DNA from: Candidatus Methylomirabilis sp.
GTDB taxonomy: Bacteria > Methylomirabilota > Methylomirabilia > Methylomirabilales > Methylomirabilaceae
Assembly (NCBI GenBank): GCA_041498975.1
Contig: JBGQJI010000006.1
Location: forward strand, 1-35,176
Direction of reading: 5' to 3'
DNA: 35,176 nt
The position numbers and the translations under genes are program-made. Under the pieces are notes generated by a model, which made no database searches, was not told the DNA's origin, and saw only the letters and a list, made by a program, of their open reading frames with translations. Shown piece by piece: positions 12,922-22,378 of this stretch. Numbering within the stretch: position 1 is the first letter of the stretch; each line of letters begins with the position of its first letter.

Positions 12922-14067
12922 ATGAAGATGAACAAGAAGACAACCATTACTCGACGAGACTTCTTACGCGCAGGGGCTGTTTTGGGTGGAACAGCCTTAG
13001 TCGGCCTCCCGGAGCCTCTATCGGGAAGATGGATGGCTGAAGGCCAGACTACCGCGCCCCCGACCGTCGATCGGCTGGCAGTCCGGGTGGTCGTGGATAG
13101 CTACGAAGATGCTGTTGTCCGCAGCACGAAGGTGGGGAATGTGGAAGTACAGCGTGCCGGGTGGGTCCCCGTTCCCGGCGCGGGCCTCCAGAAGCGCCTT
13201 CACAACGAGTTCGGGCTCTCCCTTCACCTGGAGTCCAGGCGAGGGGGCGAGACGCGGAACTACCTCCTCGATTTCGGCTTCACGCCCGGGGCCCTGTTGA
13301 ACAATCTGGAAGTCCTCAGGATCGACAGCGCCCCGCTCGACGCGCTGATCCTCAGCCACGGTCACATCGATCACCTCGGCGGCATGATCGCCTTGCTCAA
13401 GCGGGACCGGCCGAAGATGCGGGGAGAGCTGCCCCTCTACGTTGGCGGAGAGGATGCCTTTTGCTACCGCTGGGTTCAACTCGCGAGCGGCCAGCGCGAG
13501 CCCTTCGGGGTCCTCGACCGCCGTGAGCTGGCTGCAGCGAACGTACGGGTCATCATGGCTGACAAGCCGGCCGTCATCGCGGGGCAGGCGTTCACGACAG
13601 GGCCCATCCCGCGGAGGGGCTTCGAGAAGACGCTCCCGGCGTTCCTGGTTGAAGTCGGGGTTCGCGATGGTGCGGGTTGCGATCCCACGTCCTTCTCCAA
13701 GGAAGAGCAGGAAGGGAAGATTGTGGCCGACCAGTTCCGGGGCGAGCACGCGACATGCTTCAACGTCAAGGACCGTGGGTTGGTGGTCATCTGCTCCTGC
13801 GGGCACGCCGGGCTGATCAACTCGATCCGGCAGGCGCAGGCCGTCTCTGGGGAACAGAAGGTCCACGCGGTGATGGGCGGGTTTCACCTCGCCCCCGCGC
13901 CCGAGCCCTATATCGTCCAGAGTGTCCAAGCCCTCAAAGAGATCAACCCCGACTACCTGATCCCGATGCACTGCAGCGGGGCGGCGTTCATCCGGATGGC
14001 CCAACTGGAGATGCCCGACAAGCTCATCCTGTCGTACACGGGAAGCCGGTATATCTTCGGGGCCTGA
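12922..14067 (+). CDS. Tat-exported MBL-fold metallo-hydrolase
   Basis: TRRDFL twin-arginine signal; SHGHIDH, CGHAG, GGFHL and PMHC motifs. Confidence 0.88.
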   Translation: MKMNKKTTITRRDFLRAGAVLGGTALVGLPEPLSGRWMAEGQTTAPPTVDRLAVRVVVDSYEDAVVRSTKVGNVEVQRAGWVPVPGAGLQKRLHNEFGLSLHLESRRGGETRNYLLDFGFTPGALLNNLEVLRIDSAPLDALILSHGHIDHLGGMIALLKRDRPKMRGELPLYVGGEDAFCYRWVQLASGQREPFGVLDRRELAAANVRVIMADKPAVIAGQAFTTGPIPRRGFEKTLPAFLVEVGVRDGAGCDPTSFSKEEQEGKIVADQFRGEHATCFNVKDRGLVVICSCGHAGLINSIRQAQAVSGEQKVHAVMGGFHLAPAPEPYIVQSVQALKEINPDYLIPMHCSGAAFIRMAQLEMPDKLILSYTGSRYIFGA

Positions 14068-14341
14068 GAACGAATGGGGTTATCACCCGCGGATGTGCCG
14101 GCCTTGACCCGTCGCGGTCGCATCCGATCCGCTGGGCACCTCCTGTTCGGCTCGCGAGCCGTCTGTGAGAAGGACAACTAATAAGAGGAGGCGAATGGAT
14201 TCGTGAGCATAGTTACGGTAATGCTGCACTTAGTGCCTCTGCTGTAGACTGGACTCACAGGCCCGCGTGTTTGCCGAATCACGACACTAAGTTGACAGAT
14301 AGGCCCGCTGTGCATGCTGCTCACACCGCCCGGGGTGTTCG

Positions 14342-15151
14342 ATGATTCATGAGGGCTCCTGGAAGGCGCTCGCCAACGCGGACCCCAGAGATATTCGAGA
14401 GCTGATCCGCCAGGGGGAGTGGCGGCAGCCCACGGCCGGCCTGTGCCAGGGACGAGTCCAGGCCAACCTGGTGATCCTCCCGCGAGACCTCGCGTACGAC
14501 TTCCTGCTGTTTGCTCAGCGCAACCCGAAACCCTGTCCGCTCCTCGAGGTCGCCGAGCCCGGCTCTACCGAACCCGTTCAGACCGCTCCAGGCGCTGATC
14601 TGCGCCGAGATCTCCCGAAGTATCGCATCTACCGCCAAGGACAATTGGAGGCCGAGGTTAGCGATCTGATGGCGATCTGGCAGAAGGACTTGGTCAGTTT
14701 TCTGCTGGGGTGCAGCTTCACCTTCGAGGCGGCGATGCTCCGGGCAGGTGTTCCGGTGCGGCACCTTGAGGAGGAAAGAAACGTCCCGATGTACATCACG
14801 TCGCGGCTTTGCCAGCCCGCTGGTATCTTTCAGGGGCCCCTCGTGGTCAGCATGCGCCCGATCCCAGACTCGCTCATCTCCATAGCGGTTCAGGTCACGG
14901 CCCGCTTTCAGGCCGCCCACGGCGGTCCGGTCCACGTGGGTGATCCGCTCTTGCTCGGGATCAAAGATCTGGGCCGGCCCGACTTCGGCGATCCGGTGAC
15001 GATCCGGCCCGGCGAGGTACCGGTCTTCTGGGCCTGCGGCGTTACGCCCCAGGCGGTGGCGATGCAGGCCAAGCCCCCACTCATGATCACACATGCGCCA
15101 GGCCATATGTTCATCACCGACCTTGAAGACGAGGCGTTGGCAGCCTACTAA
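14342..15151 (+). CDS. Putative hydro-lyase, DUF1445/YcsI (D-glutamate cyclase-like)
   Basis: PTAG, QANLVILP, QRNPKPCPLL, GCSFTFE, NVPMY, HGGPVHVGDP, FWACGVTPQ, THAPGHMFITD. Confidence 0.92.
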   Translation: MIHEGSWKALANADPRDIRELIRQGEWRQPTAGLCQGRVQANLVILPRDLAYDFLLFAQRNPKPCPLLEVAEPGSTEPVQTAPGADLRRDLPKYRIYRQGQLEAEVSDLMAIWQKDLVSFLLGCSFTFEAAMLRAGVPVRHLEEERNVPMYITSRLCQPAGIFQGPLVVSMRPIPDSLISIAVQVTARFQAAHGGPVHVGDPLLLGIKDLGRPDFGDPVTIRPGEVPVFWACGVTPQAVAMQAKPPLMITHAPGHMFITDLEDEALAAY

Positions 15152-15349
15152 TGTAAACGCATCATGAGAAGGGTTATTCCTTCGAAAGTCCCTCTCACCC
15201 CTGCTCTCTCCCCCACGCTGGGGAAAGGAGACCTGAGTGGGGGGTGACTGACTTTCATGCCAATAGGTGCACCGCTGTCTCATGACGTATTCTGGGGAGC
15301 GAGACTCCTCGCCGCTGCTCGGGGCGGGCTGCGCAATTTCAAGGAGGCT

Positions 15350-15523
15350 CCAAGTTCCAAGTGCCAAGTAAAGTTTCAGATTCCAAGTGCCATGATCCAG
15401 GTTGAAAAGGAGCTCCAAGTTCCGCGTGCCTGGTTCCGAGTTGAGGATCAACCAAGAGCAGTTCTTAACCCGGAACTGGGGATCAGAACCTGGAACGGCG
15501 AAGCTCAGCCGCTCGCAATGACA
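15350..15523. repeat. Degenerate REP/MITE-like element with TTCCAAG-type heptamer repeats
   Basis: Its end GAACCTGGAACGGCGAAGCTCAGcCGCTCGCAATGACA matches the end of the 18619-18766 element; repeated (T/G)TCCAAG units. Confidence 0.65.
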
Positions 15524-15629
15524 ATCTATGGGTGTTTCGTGCGCTACTATTCGGCTAGTGAGCGTCTGGGTGCTCCTGAACGTCGGAGGGTAAAGCCCGG
15601 AGTGAGGAGGCGGAAATTCGATTCAATGT

Positions 15630-15706
15630 TGGTGGCGGTGACTGGACTCGAACCAGTGACTCCGCGGATATGAGCCGCGTGCTCTGACCAACTGAGCTAC
15701 ACCGCC
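15630..15706 (-). tRNA. tRNA with anticodon CAT, probably elongator tRNA-Met
   Basis: GGCGGTGTAGCTCAGTTGGTCAGAGCACGCGG-CTCATAT-CCGCGGAGTCACTGGTTCGAGTCCAGTCACCGCCACCA: full cloverleaf, G1-C72 pair, encoded CCA. Confidence 0.96.
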
Positions 15707-15839
15707 GTAATCGCGCGTGGGACCAAGGCCAACCGGAACGGCTTCGTTGGTTGGCCCGCAGCCAAAAAAGAAAAACAGGGGGATCTCCCTGTTTTGCGGG
15801 CAAACCTCCATCACTATCTACGGTATCTCGCACCTAATG

Positions 15840-16127
15840 TCAAGGAGTCTTTTCCGTCGTAGCCCCCTCATTGAGAGTCCACCTGGAGTGAAGGAGCGCG
15901 ATGTCCCCTACCTGGACGATCTTCCGGGTCGCCACGGTGATCGTTGGCTTCATGGCCAGGAATGCGCTTAGAGCTTGGCGGATAGCCTGGGTCCCCGTGG
16001 CGAGTTGTCTTGGTTGAGGAACCAAACTCACCCCGGGCTCGTACAGGGCCATAAGGGCATCGATTTCACCAGAGTTCAGAGCGTCGGCGAACAGTCCGTG
16101 AATCTCTTCAGGCTTACGCGCTGGCAT
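15840..16127 (-). pseudogene. SnoaL-like/DUF4440 (YybH-type) protein, apparently C-terminally truncated
   Basis: RBS GGAGG; FADALNSGEIDALMALYE...GDIALLHSRW, then ends at 95 aa without the last beta strands usual in this fold. Confidence 0.55.
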
Positions 16128-16158
16128 CTCGTACCTCCTGTCAGAGTCACAAAATGTG

Positions 16159-16187
16159 TTGACACCGTGCGTCGATTTGAATACACT
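16159..16187 (+). promoter_or_regulatory. Sigma70-type promoter
   Basis: TTGACA-17 bp-TACACT upstream of the 16285 ORF. Confidence 0.65.
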
Positions 16188-16284
16188 ACCCTAGACTGAA
16201 GTCCTGCCTGGGGAGTTCCTCGGTCGTCTGAGTCGTTCAGGTCACCTGGAATCCCATTAACAATCATACAATCTGGAGGGGATC

Positions 16285-16602
16285 ATGTTCGCAAGAAAAG
16301 TGTGTCTGAAGCTACGTCCAGGAATGGCCGTGGCGTATTCCAGGATGCTGGAGAACGAAATCATCCCGATCCTACGGGAGCAGAAGGGGTTTAACGACGA
16401 GATTTCGTTCGTCTCAGGTGAGCGCGGCGAGGCCGTGGCCATCAGCCTGTGGGACGCGGCCGAAAGCGCAGAGGCGTATCATCGCGAGACGTACCCTGGC
16501 GTGCTGCGAGCGCTCGAAGGCCTGATCGACGGAGAGCCGCAGGTGAATACCTTCGCGGTCTCGAACTCGACCATCCACAAGATCCCGAACCTGCCCCGGT
16601 AG
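16285..16602 (+). CDS. ABM-like dimeric alpha/beta barrel protein
   Basis: RBS GGAGGGG; EIIPILREQKGF...AISLWDAAESAEAY pattern. Confidence 0.8.
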   Translation: MFARKVCLKLRPGMAVAYSRMLENEIIPILREQKGFNDEISFVSGERGEAVAISLWDAAESAEAYHRETYPGVLRALEGLIDGEPQVNTFAVSNSTIHKIPNLPR

Positions 16603-16627
16603 ACTTCCACCCTGGTTGTGAGCATGT

Positions 16628-16660
16628 GAGGGGGGGCACTTTCGCCCCCTCTTTCTTTTT
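16628..16660 (+). terminator. Intrinsic terminator
   Basis: GGGGGC-ACTTTC-GCCCCC stem-loop followed by TCTTTCTTTTT. Confidence 0.6.
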
Positions 16661-16740
16661 CCGCTAAGGTACTTGCTCCTCCTTTGTAAGGAGGGGCCAG
16701 GAAAGGTACTGCCGTGGCCTCTACCCCACCCAACCTCCCC

Positions 16741-17709
16741 TTACAAAGAGGAGGGATCTTCCGAGAGCAGGATGCCCTGTTTGCGCTTCTCCTCTTCGAA
16801 GACCTGGACCTTCTTGACGGCGTCTTTGATCGCTGGAAACGCTTTGACGAACTCCTCGCTGACCGTGGCGGCGGCCGCCAAGCCGATCTGGCGCGCCATC
16901 ATCAGCGCATTCGCTGGAGCCTGCCCCCGCACATGGTTGTTGAAGTAGATTAGGATCTTGGCCTCGCCTGTCGCCGCGATCTTTCTCACCTTCTCCGCAA
17001 ATGGCTTCAGCTCTTCTTCCGAGTAGAGATAGTCGTACCGCTCCTCGGCCGTCTCGTGCTTCCTCCACTTCTCCCGGTTTCTCCCGTGGAAGCGCAGGTA
17101 CATCAGCCGTTGCGGTTCCAGTTCCTGCTTGATCGTGCTCTTGAATTCCGGCATGTCGATGAAGGCCCATCCTGCGCCGGAGGAGGCGAGGAACTCCCTC
17201 GTGTCCTTGACATAGTCGCTCCAGGAGACATGGCGTAGCTCGACCGCCACGGGGTACTCCTTGAACTGCTTCAAGAGGGTCGAAAGGATCTCTTGATTGC
17301 CAGGCGTCCTCGAAAACCACTCGGAGAACTGGATCAACAGGCAGGCGAGCTTGCCTTCCTCGGCAATCGGGTTGATGCCTTGCTTGAAAGCGTCGTAATC
17401 CTGCTGCGTCACCTCCGGCTCAGCGCCGGTCGCCTTCTCGAACATCCCCGGATGCGTGAACTTCTGCCAGACCTTGATCGAGAACTCGAAATCCTGCGGG
17501 GTGATTCTGACCCAGGCCCTCGCGGTTCGAGGATCGATCAGTCGGTAAAAAGTTGAGTTCACCTCCACGGTGTTGAAGGCCTTGCTGTACAGCTCCAGCT
17601 CGTTCTTCGATTTGGCCGGATAGAAGATCCCGTTCCAGGTCCCCTCCCCTTTCGGATAGGACCAGCCTGAGGTGCCGATGCGCACATTCTTATTGACTGC
17701 TTTGTTCAT
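16741..17709 (-). CDS. DUF72 (YecE-like) protein, copy B
   Basis: IGTSGWSY, FNTVEVNSTFY, FSIKVWQKFTH, VELRHVSW, YLRFHGRN, YDYLYSEEEL, YFNNH; ATGA-coupled to the upstream DUF72. Confidence 0.93.
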   Translation of the reverse strand: MNKAVNKNVRIGTSGWSYPKGEGTWNGIFYPAKSKNELELYSKAFNTVEVNSTFYRLIDPRTARAWVRITPQDFEFSIKVWQKFTHPGMFEKATGAEPEVTQQDYDAFKQGINPIAEEGKLACLLIQFSEWFSRTPGNQEILSTLLKQFKEYPVAVELRHVSWSDYVKDTREFLASSGAGWAFIDMPEFKSTIKQELEPQRLMYLRFHGRNREKWRKHETAEERYDYLYSEEELKPFAEKVRKIAATGEAKILIYFNNHVRGQAPANALMMARQIGLAAAATVSEEFVKAFPAIKDAVKKVQVFEEEKRKQGILLSEDPSSL

Positions 17710-18524
17710 GCCTGTCCGTCGCGCGGGCGTGCGGTCACCCGGCCTGCCGGCTCATGAACTCTGCCTTGATCGGACGCCAGTTCGATCGAGAGCAGCCTTG
17801 CCATCTGTCGCACCGAGTCGGGGGAATGCCCGGCGTAATGATTGTTAAAGTAGCCATACACCTGTTGGACTGATGCCGGAAGCTGCCGGATTAAGGCCCC
17901 CCACTTCTCCATCCGCTCGGTCCTGTCGATCTGAATCCTGTCAAAAACCTTAACGTCCGCGCGGCGGCTCATCCACCTGATATAGGCAAATTCGGCGGTC
18001 ACTTGCGCCATCCTGGGCATGTAGTAGAGGTCCTGCATGCAGAAGGCCACATTATGGTCTCGCAGGAGCATGAAGAGCTCATCCGTAAGGAACTTTCTAT
18101 CCCTGACCTCGACCGCGAACCTGAAACCGGAGGGCAGTGTCTTGAGAAATGCCCTCAGGATCTCGAACTCCGTCACCTTGAACTGCGGCGGCAACTGAAC
18201 CACCAGGACTCCTAACTTCTCGCCCAGCAGGCTCATGTTGCCGACGAAGGCCGATAAAAGCTCGCCGCAATCTGCAAGTATCCGCTCGTGGGTGATCCCT
18301 TTGAAGAGTTTGGCCGAGAAGACAAACGTCGCCGGCGTGTGTGCATCCCATCGGCGTATGAGCTCCTTAGTCGGGATCCGGTAGTAGGTCGTATCAAGCT
18401 CGACGGTCGGAAAGATCCTGGAGTAATAGGCCAGATAGTCGGCCGGCTGCGTCCCCGGCGGATAGAACGGCCCGACCCAATCGTTGTGGGAGAAGCCTTG
18501 TGTTCCGAGTAGAATCTGACTCAT
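17706..18524 (-). CDS. DUF72 (YecE-like) protein, copy A
   Basis: LGTQGFS..W.GPFYP, FPTVELDTTYY, FSAKL...ITH, QLPP, AVEVR, YIRW, YFNNHYAGH. Confidence 0.93.
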   Translation of the reverse strand: MSQILLGTQGFSHNDWVGPFYPPGTQPADYLAYYSRIFPTVELDTTYYRIPTKELIRRWDAHTPATFVFSAKLFKGITHERILADCGELLSAFVGNMSLLGEKLGVLVVQLPPQFKVTEFEILRAFLKTLPSGFRFAVEVRDRKFLTDELFMLLRDHNVAFCMQDLYYMPRMAQVTAEFAYIRWMSRRADVKVFDRIQIDRTERMEKWGALIRQLPASVQQVYGYFNNHYAGHSPDSVRQMARLLSIELASDQGRVHEPAGRVTARPRDGQA

Positions 18525-18618
18525 CTGCCCTGGAAATGCCCCCTCACCCCCACCCTCTCCCCCGCAACCAGGGGCGAGGGATGAATGAGGGGAACAAGGA
18601 AAATCGACGAGGCCGCAG

Positions 18619-18766
18619 CGTCATTGCGAGGGAGCGGCGCGACCCCTTCGACACTACTCAGGGCAGGCTCCGCAATCTCAACAGGGTTCTAGGTTCCAAG
18701 TGCCGAGTTCCAAGTTCTAAGTAACGTGGAACCTGGAACGGCGAAGCTCAGTCGCTCGCAATGACA
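18619..18766 (+). repeat. 148-bp REP/MITE-like element, left arm of an inverted pair
   Basis: Reverse complement of 19683-19830 with 3 mismatches; GTCATTGCGAG...CTCGCAATGAC ends. Confidence 0.92.
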
Positions 18767-18790
18767 CTCTGAAGGGACGAGTGAAGTTGT

Positions 18791-19642
18791 TTAGTGTCCT
18801 ATCATGTCGCGGAGTGTCTTCTTTGCGAAACCGGGCGGGGGCTGGAACTCGGCGTCCGGGATCGCTCGGGTCTCCGCCTTAACGACCTCGATCGTCACTT
18901 GGCCTCCGGCCCGGTGGACCGTCCGAACCGGGTATCCCTCGCCCGCCAGCTTCCAGGCCGGATCGTCTGGGCGGAACCCATGTCGCCCCTGTGCACCTCC
19001 GCACCGCGGGGCCATCTTGGCCATTTCGGCCGAGAACCGCTCGAGCTTTTTGAGGTCCAGCTCTCGCCAGGCGGCCAAGGTCTTGGCAAGCCACATCTCC
19101 GACTCCAGTTTCCCGTCGATCAGCATATCGTACCGGACAGCCTGGTATCCCGCGATTGTGGCCTGTTGGCCCGTCTTCTCCACCTCGACCTTCGGCTCAC
19201 GACAGTCCTCTGGTGTCGGCGCGCTCTTGGGCATGTGGGAGCGCATCATCTCCTCCATCATCTTGCGCTGCTCGGCCGGCATATCTTTCATGTTCTCCTG
19301 CATCTGCTTCATCGCCTTCGCCATCTGTTCCGACGCCGCGTCCATCACGCCCTGCATCATCTGCCCGAACTCTTGCACTGTAGAGGCGACGTATTGCCCC
19401 TTCTTGTAATCAACCTGAGTGATGGTCTCGGCGTTCAGGTTCAGAATGAAGGCGTGGAGCGGTTGCCCATCCGTCCCTAACATGAGCATCTTCATCTGGT
19501 TGGTCTGAAGCATCACCTGCTGTTTGGCGCCCTCGCCTCCACCCTTCACCACCTGATCGATAACCCATCCCGCTCTGGCGGGGACGGGCCAGAGGATTGT
19601 GCTCGCGAGGATCGTGCCTGCAATTGCATGAGAGAGCAACAT
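18791..19642 (-). CDS. Secreted DUF4412-like protein
   Basis: RBS AAAGGAGG, signal peptide ending ARA-G, Met-rich helical insert, KTGQQATIAGY and IPDAEFQPPPGF motifs. Confidence 0.8.
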   Translation of the reverse strand: MLLSHAIAGTILASTILWPVPARAGWVIDQVVKGGGEGAKQQVMLQTNQMKMLMLGTDGQPLHAFILNLNAETITQVDYKKGQYVASTVQEFGQMMQGVMDAASEQMAKAMKQMQENMKDMPAEQRKMMEEMMRSHMPKSAPTPEDCREPKVEVEKTGQQATIAGYQAVRYDMLIDGKLESEMWLAKTLAAWRELDLKKLERFSAEMAKMAPRCGGAQGRHGFRPDDPAWKLAGEGYPVRTVHRAGGQVTIEVVKAETRAIPDAEFQPPPGFAKKTLRDMIGH

Positions 19643-19682
19643 GCCGAAACCTCCTTTCAACGGGTTATTGGATAACTTGGGC

Positions 19683-19830
19683 TGTCATTGCGAGCGACCA
19701 AGCTTCGCTGTTCCAGGTTCCACGTTACTTAGAACTTGGAACTCGGCACTTGGAACCTAGAACCCTGTTGAGATTGCGGAGCCTGCCCTGAGTAGTGTCG
19801 AAGGGGTCGCGCCGCTCCCTCGCAATGACG
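19683..19830 (-). repeat. 148-bp REP/MITE-like element, right arm of an inverted pair (overlaps polB 3' end)
   Basis: Inverted copy of 18619-18766. Confidence 0.92.
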
Positions 19831-22039
19831 GGCACTCCAGGATCAGCACTTTCAATCGCGCATAATCGTAGCCAAAGAACCACAACACCGATTCTGCGGC
19901 CTTCAGCAACAGCTCGGTGTACTTCTCGACATCGTAGCCAAGGCTGCCGTCGTAGAGGGCATACGCTTTCGCCTTCGAGACCTTGTCGTTGGCCCTGGAG
20001 TCCACGATCACGAGTTGGATCTCCTCTCCGGGAGAAAGATGGACGCCTCTGCTTGCAAGGTCCTTCGCGGCTTCCGAGAGGAGCGTATCGGTCTTGTATT
20101 CCATTGGCTCCTTGGAGAGCTGCCTGGTGATCGCCAGCTCTGCCAGCGGCACGCTGCCGCTCCGAAGCTCATCGACTTTTGCCCTCAGGTCATCGAGCAG
20201 GTCGGGGACACGCGCCTGGCACTCTTCATAGGTCCCTGTCTTCGAGAGCGCCGCAAGCATCGCTCGTTGCGCGCTCCTCACAAATCCCGGCGTGTCCGAG
20301 CGTCTGACCTCCAGGCCCCGGACCTTGATCGTGCCGTTCAAGAAGCGGCCGAAGTAACGGTTGGGAACGGGCGCCTTCGGCGACACCCTCGACGGCAGAA
20401 ACGCGATCCAATTGTACATCCCCTCGACGAGGATGGGAAGCTCGGTCTGCCGCGAGATGTCGGCAGCAAGCCGCTCGTAGTCCTGCAGCGTCGCGCCCGG
20501 CTTCTGCAGCCACATCGAATCGACGATCGCGTGGATGAGCGAGTACCCTGCCGCCTCCGCGATCTCCTTGGCGACCAGCAGTTTCTCGCGCGCATAGGCG
20601 GTGACCGCCTCGTGGCCTTCAAGCCGTCCGAAGCGCGCGTTCCGGTACCCCTGGTAGCCGAATGAGACGAGGCCAAGCCACTTCAGCGCGGACTGTCGCT
20701 TGTCATACAGCTCGCGCTGCTCCGCCGTGATGGCCTGTTTCATCAGCGTCTTGTAGATGCTCCGCCGCCGCAGCACCGGCTCCAGCGTCCGGGCCACCAG
20801 ACCCCGTCGCTTCGTGCAGAGGTTGTGACCGATCTCCGGGACCCTGTTCTCGGGACAGCAGGCGCACCCAACGGTCTCCTGTGAGATGTTGTACTTCGCC
20901 ATGATGCTGGGAAACATCGAGCTGAAATCCAGCTCGCAGACCTGCTCGTACAACCCGATGCGCGGCTGGAAGACCAGGCCCCCCTTGTCGATGAGCAGCA
21001 TCTGATTCCCGGTCTTGAACTCCTCCGGCAATCGCTTGCGCCAGGGGATCAGGTAGCCGTCGCGGAAGGCCAAGTCGAGCTGCATCGAGGAGACGCCCGT
21101 GCCGGGAGAGGTTCGCGCGCAGCGCTGTACCGGCAGCTTCGTGACCCGGGCGAGCTCGATCAGGCCGTCCAGACCGGTCTCGTCAACGGCGAACGAGTTC
21201 GCGACATCCAGGTGCCAGCGGCCGTGTAGGATCTGGGCACCCGCCCGATAGACGATCTTGCCATAGGTGAAGAAGCTCTTGGCCTTCCGGCTTTTGATCC
21301 CCGCCACGCTGTCCCTGTTGAGGGCAAGCTCTACGCCGTAAACGTCCGCCAGCCGCCGCAGCCTGGGAATGATGTACGAATCGCCGTACCGCGAGACGAT
21401 GACATCGGGGTCGTGAGTGATCAGCAAGGCGTTCAGGCTTTGCAGGAACTCCTCCCCCTCCTCCTCGAACACGAACTCGCGCTCATCGACAGACGCGACC
21501 AGCCGAGTGGTCCTGCTGTGGTTCGGATTGGCATCCTGCTCCATCCGCAGTTGAAGAAAGCGAAGCGGCGGGACGAGGTAGTGGATCTCCCATGGCGAGT
21601 CCAGGAGCTGGATCTCCCTGAGCCGCAAGCCCTCATCGTAGGCCAGCTCGCACTGCGCCAGGGGGAACAATCCCTTCTCGTAGAAATAGAGTTGCGGCAG
21701 CAGGATGTCGCAGTTGTAGAAGGTGATCTCCGGATTGAAACGGTGGGCGGCTTGAACGAGGGCGGAGAACCTGTCGAGCCTCGGCGTGCTGACTCGCAGG
21801 ACGGGGATAAAGCTGTTCGACAGGAGTTCCCTGCGCTCCGTCCACTCCGTCGTGATCGGCAGGCCCTGGCGCGACAGGTAGGACGCGCACTGCTTCAGCG
21901 CCGCGTGGGGGCCCCCCAGATAGAATGACGCCCAGTACGGATCAACCAGGCGGAGGCACCCCTGCTCGGTCTTGAGCCAGAGCACCATCCCGTCCCTGGA
22001 CGGATAGACGTCAAACAGCCAGCCCTTCTGTGCGCGCAA
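19757..22039 (-). CDS. Family B DNA polymerase of PolB2 type (degenerate motifs B and C)
   Basis: KGGLVFQP; motif A ELDFSSMFPSIM; motif B KWLGLVSFGY; motif C HAIVDS in place of YGDTDS; NRYFG..KVRGLEVRRSD; TTG start. Confidence 0.9.
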   Translation of the reverse strand: MRAQKGWLFDVYPSRDGMVLWLKTEQGCLRLVDPYWASFYLGGPHAALKQCASYLSRQGLPITTEWTERRELLSNSFIPVLRVSTPRLDRFSALVQAAHRFNPEITFYNCDILLPQLYFYEKGLFPLAQCELAYDEGLRLREIQLLDSPWEIHYLVPPLRFLQLRMEQDANPNHSRTTRLVASVDEREFVFEEEGEEFLQSLNALLITHDPDVIVSRYGDSYIIPRLRRLADVYGVELALNRDSVAGIKSRKAKSFFTYGKIVYRAGAQILHGRWHLDVANSFAVDETGLDGLIELARVTKLPVQRCARTSPGTGVSSMQLDLAFRDGYLIPWRKRLPEEFKTGNQMLLIDKGGLVFQPRIGLYEQVCELDFSSMFPSIMAKYNISQETVGCACCPENRVPEIGHNLCTKRRGLVARTLEPVLRRRSIYKTLMKQAITAEQRELYDKRQSALKWLGLVSFGYQGYRNARFGRLEGHEAVTAYAREKLLVAKEIAEAAGYSLIHAIVDSMWLQKPGATLQDYERLAADISRQTELPILVEGMYNWIAFLPSRVSPKAPVPNRYFGRFLNGTIKVRGLEVRRSDTPGFVRSAQRAMLAALSKTGTYEECQARVPDLLDDLRAKVDELRSGSVPLAELAITRQLSKEPMEYKTDTLLSEAAKDLASRGVHLSPGEEIQLVIVDSRANDKVSKAKAYALYDGSLGYDVEKYTELLLKAAESVLWFFGYDYARLKVLILECPSLRGSGATPSTLLRAGSAISTGF

Positions 22040-22054
22040 CTTTCTCCTCTAGGA
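22004..22054 (-). repeat. 51-bp direct repeat copy 1 (small-gene/polB junction)
   Basis: 47/51 identical to 23595-23645. Confidence 0.9.
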
Positions 22055-22187
22055 AGAGGACCGACATCCCTCGCCTGTCCTGAACTCAGTCGAAGCCTGT
22101 CCTGAGCTGAGTCGAAGGGCCTGCGCTGAGCCTTGTCGAAGCGGGCTTGTTATTGCGAGGCCGACGGAGTCGGCCGAAGCAATCTTG

Positions 22188-22378
22188 AGTTATACTTTTG
22201 ACTAATACGATGAGCCAAAAAAACAGCCCGACAGCCAAAGAGCGCCACCACGCTCTGAAGCGGCCCAGACGCGCCGGAATGCTCCAGCCCTTGGCCCAGA
22301 ACCTGCCAGCCACCGCAAGCCGCACGCAGGACCGGCATACCCAGGGCATGATAACCATCATCCTGAAGCCGCATAACG
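22188..22378 (-). promoter_or_regulatory. ~190-bp repeated promoter module copy 1, upstream of polB2
   Basis: About 90% identical by hand alignment to 24123-24316; minus strand reads T-tract, TGGCTC-17-TATAAC with TATTAGTCA 4 bp before the -10. Confidence 0.8.

Noticed and set aside
10900..15630. Genomic island integrated at the tRNA-Met 3' end
   Set aside because: No duplicated tRNA 3' end and no phage-type integrase seen.
14321..15673. 376-aa minus and 138-aa plus ORFs over the heptamer region
   Set aside because: Made of antisense hydro-lyase sequence, translated repeats and tRNA overlap.
19757..22039. Calling the polymerase E. coli-type Pol II or a pipolin/casposon polymerase
   Set aside because: It lacks intact YGDTDS and KxxxNSxYG motifs, and its neighbours fit the PolB2 context.
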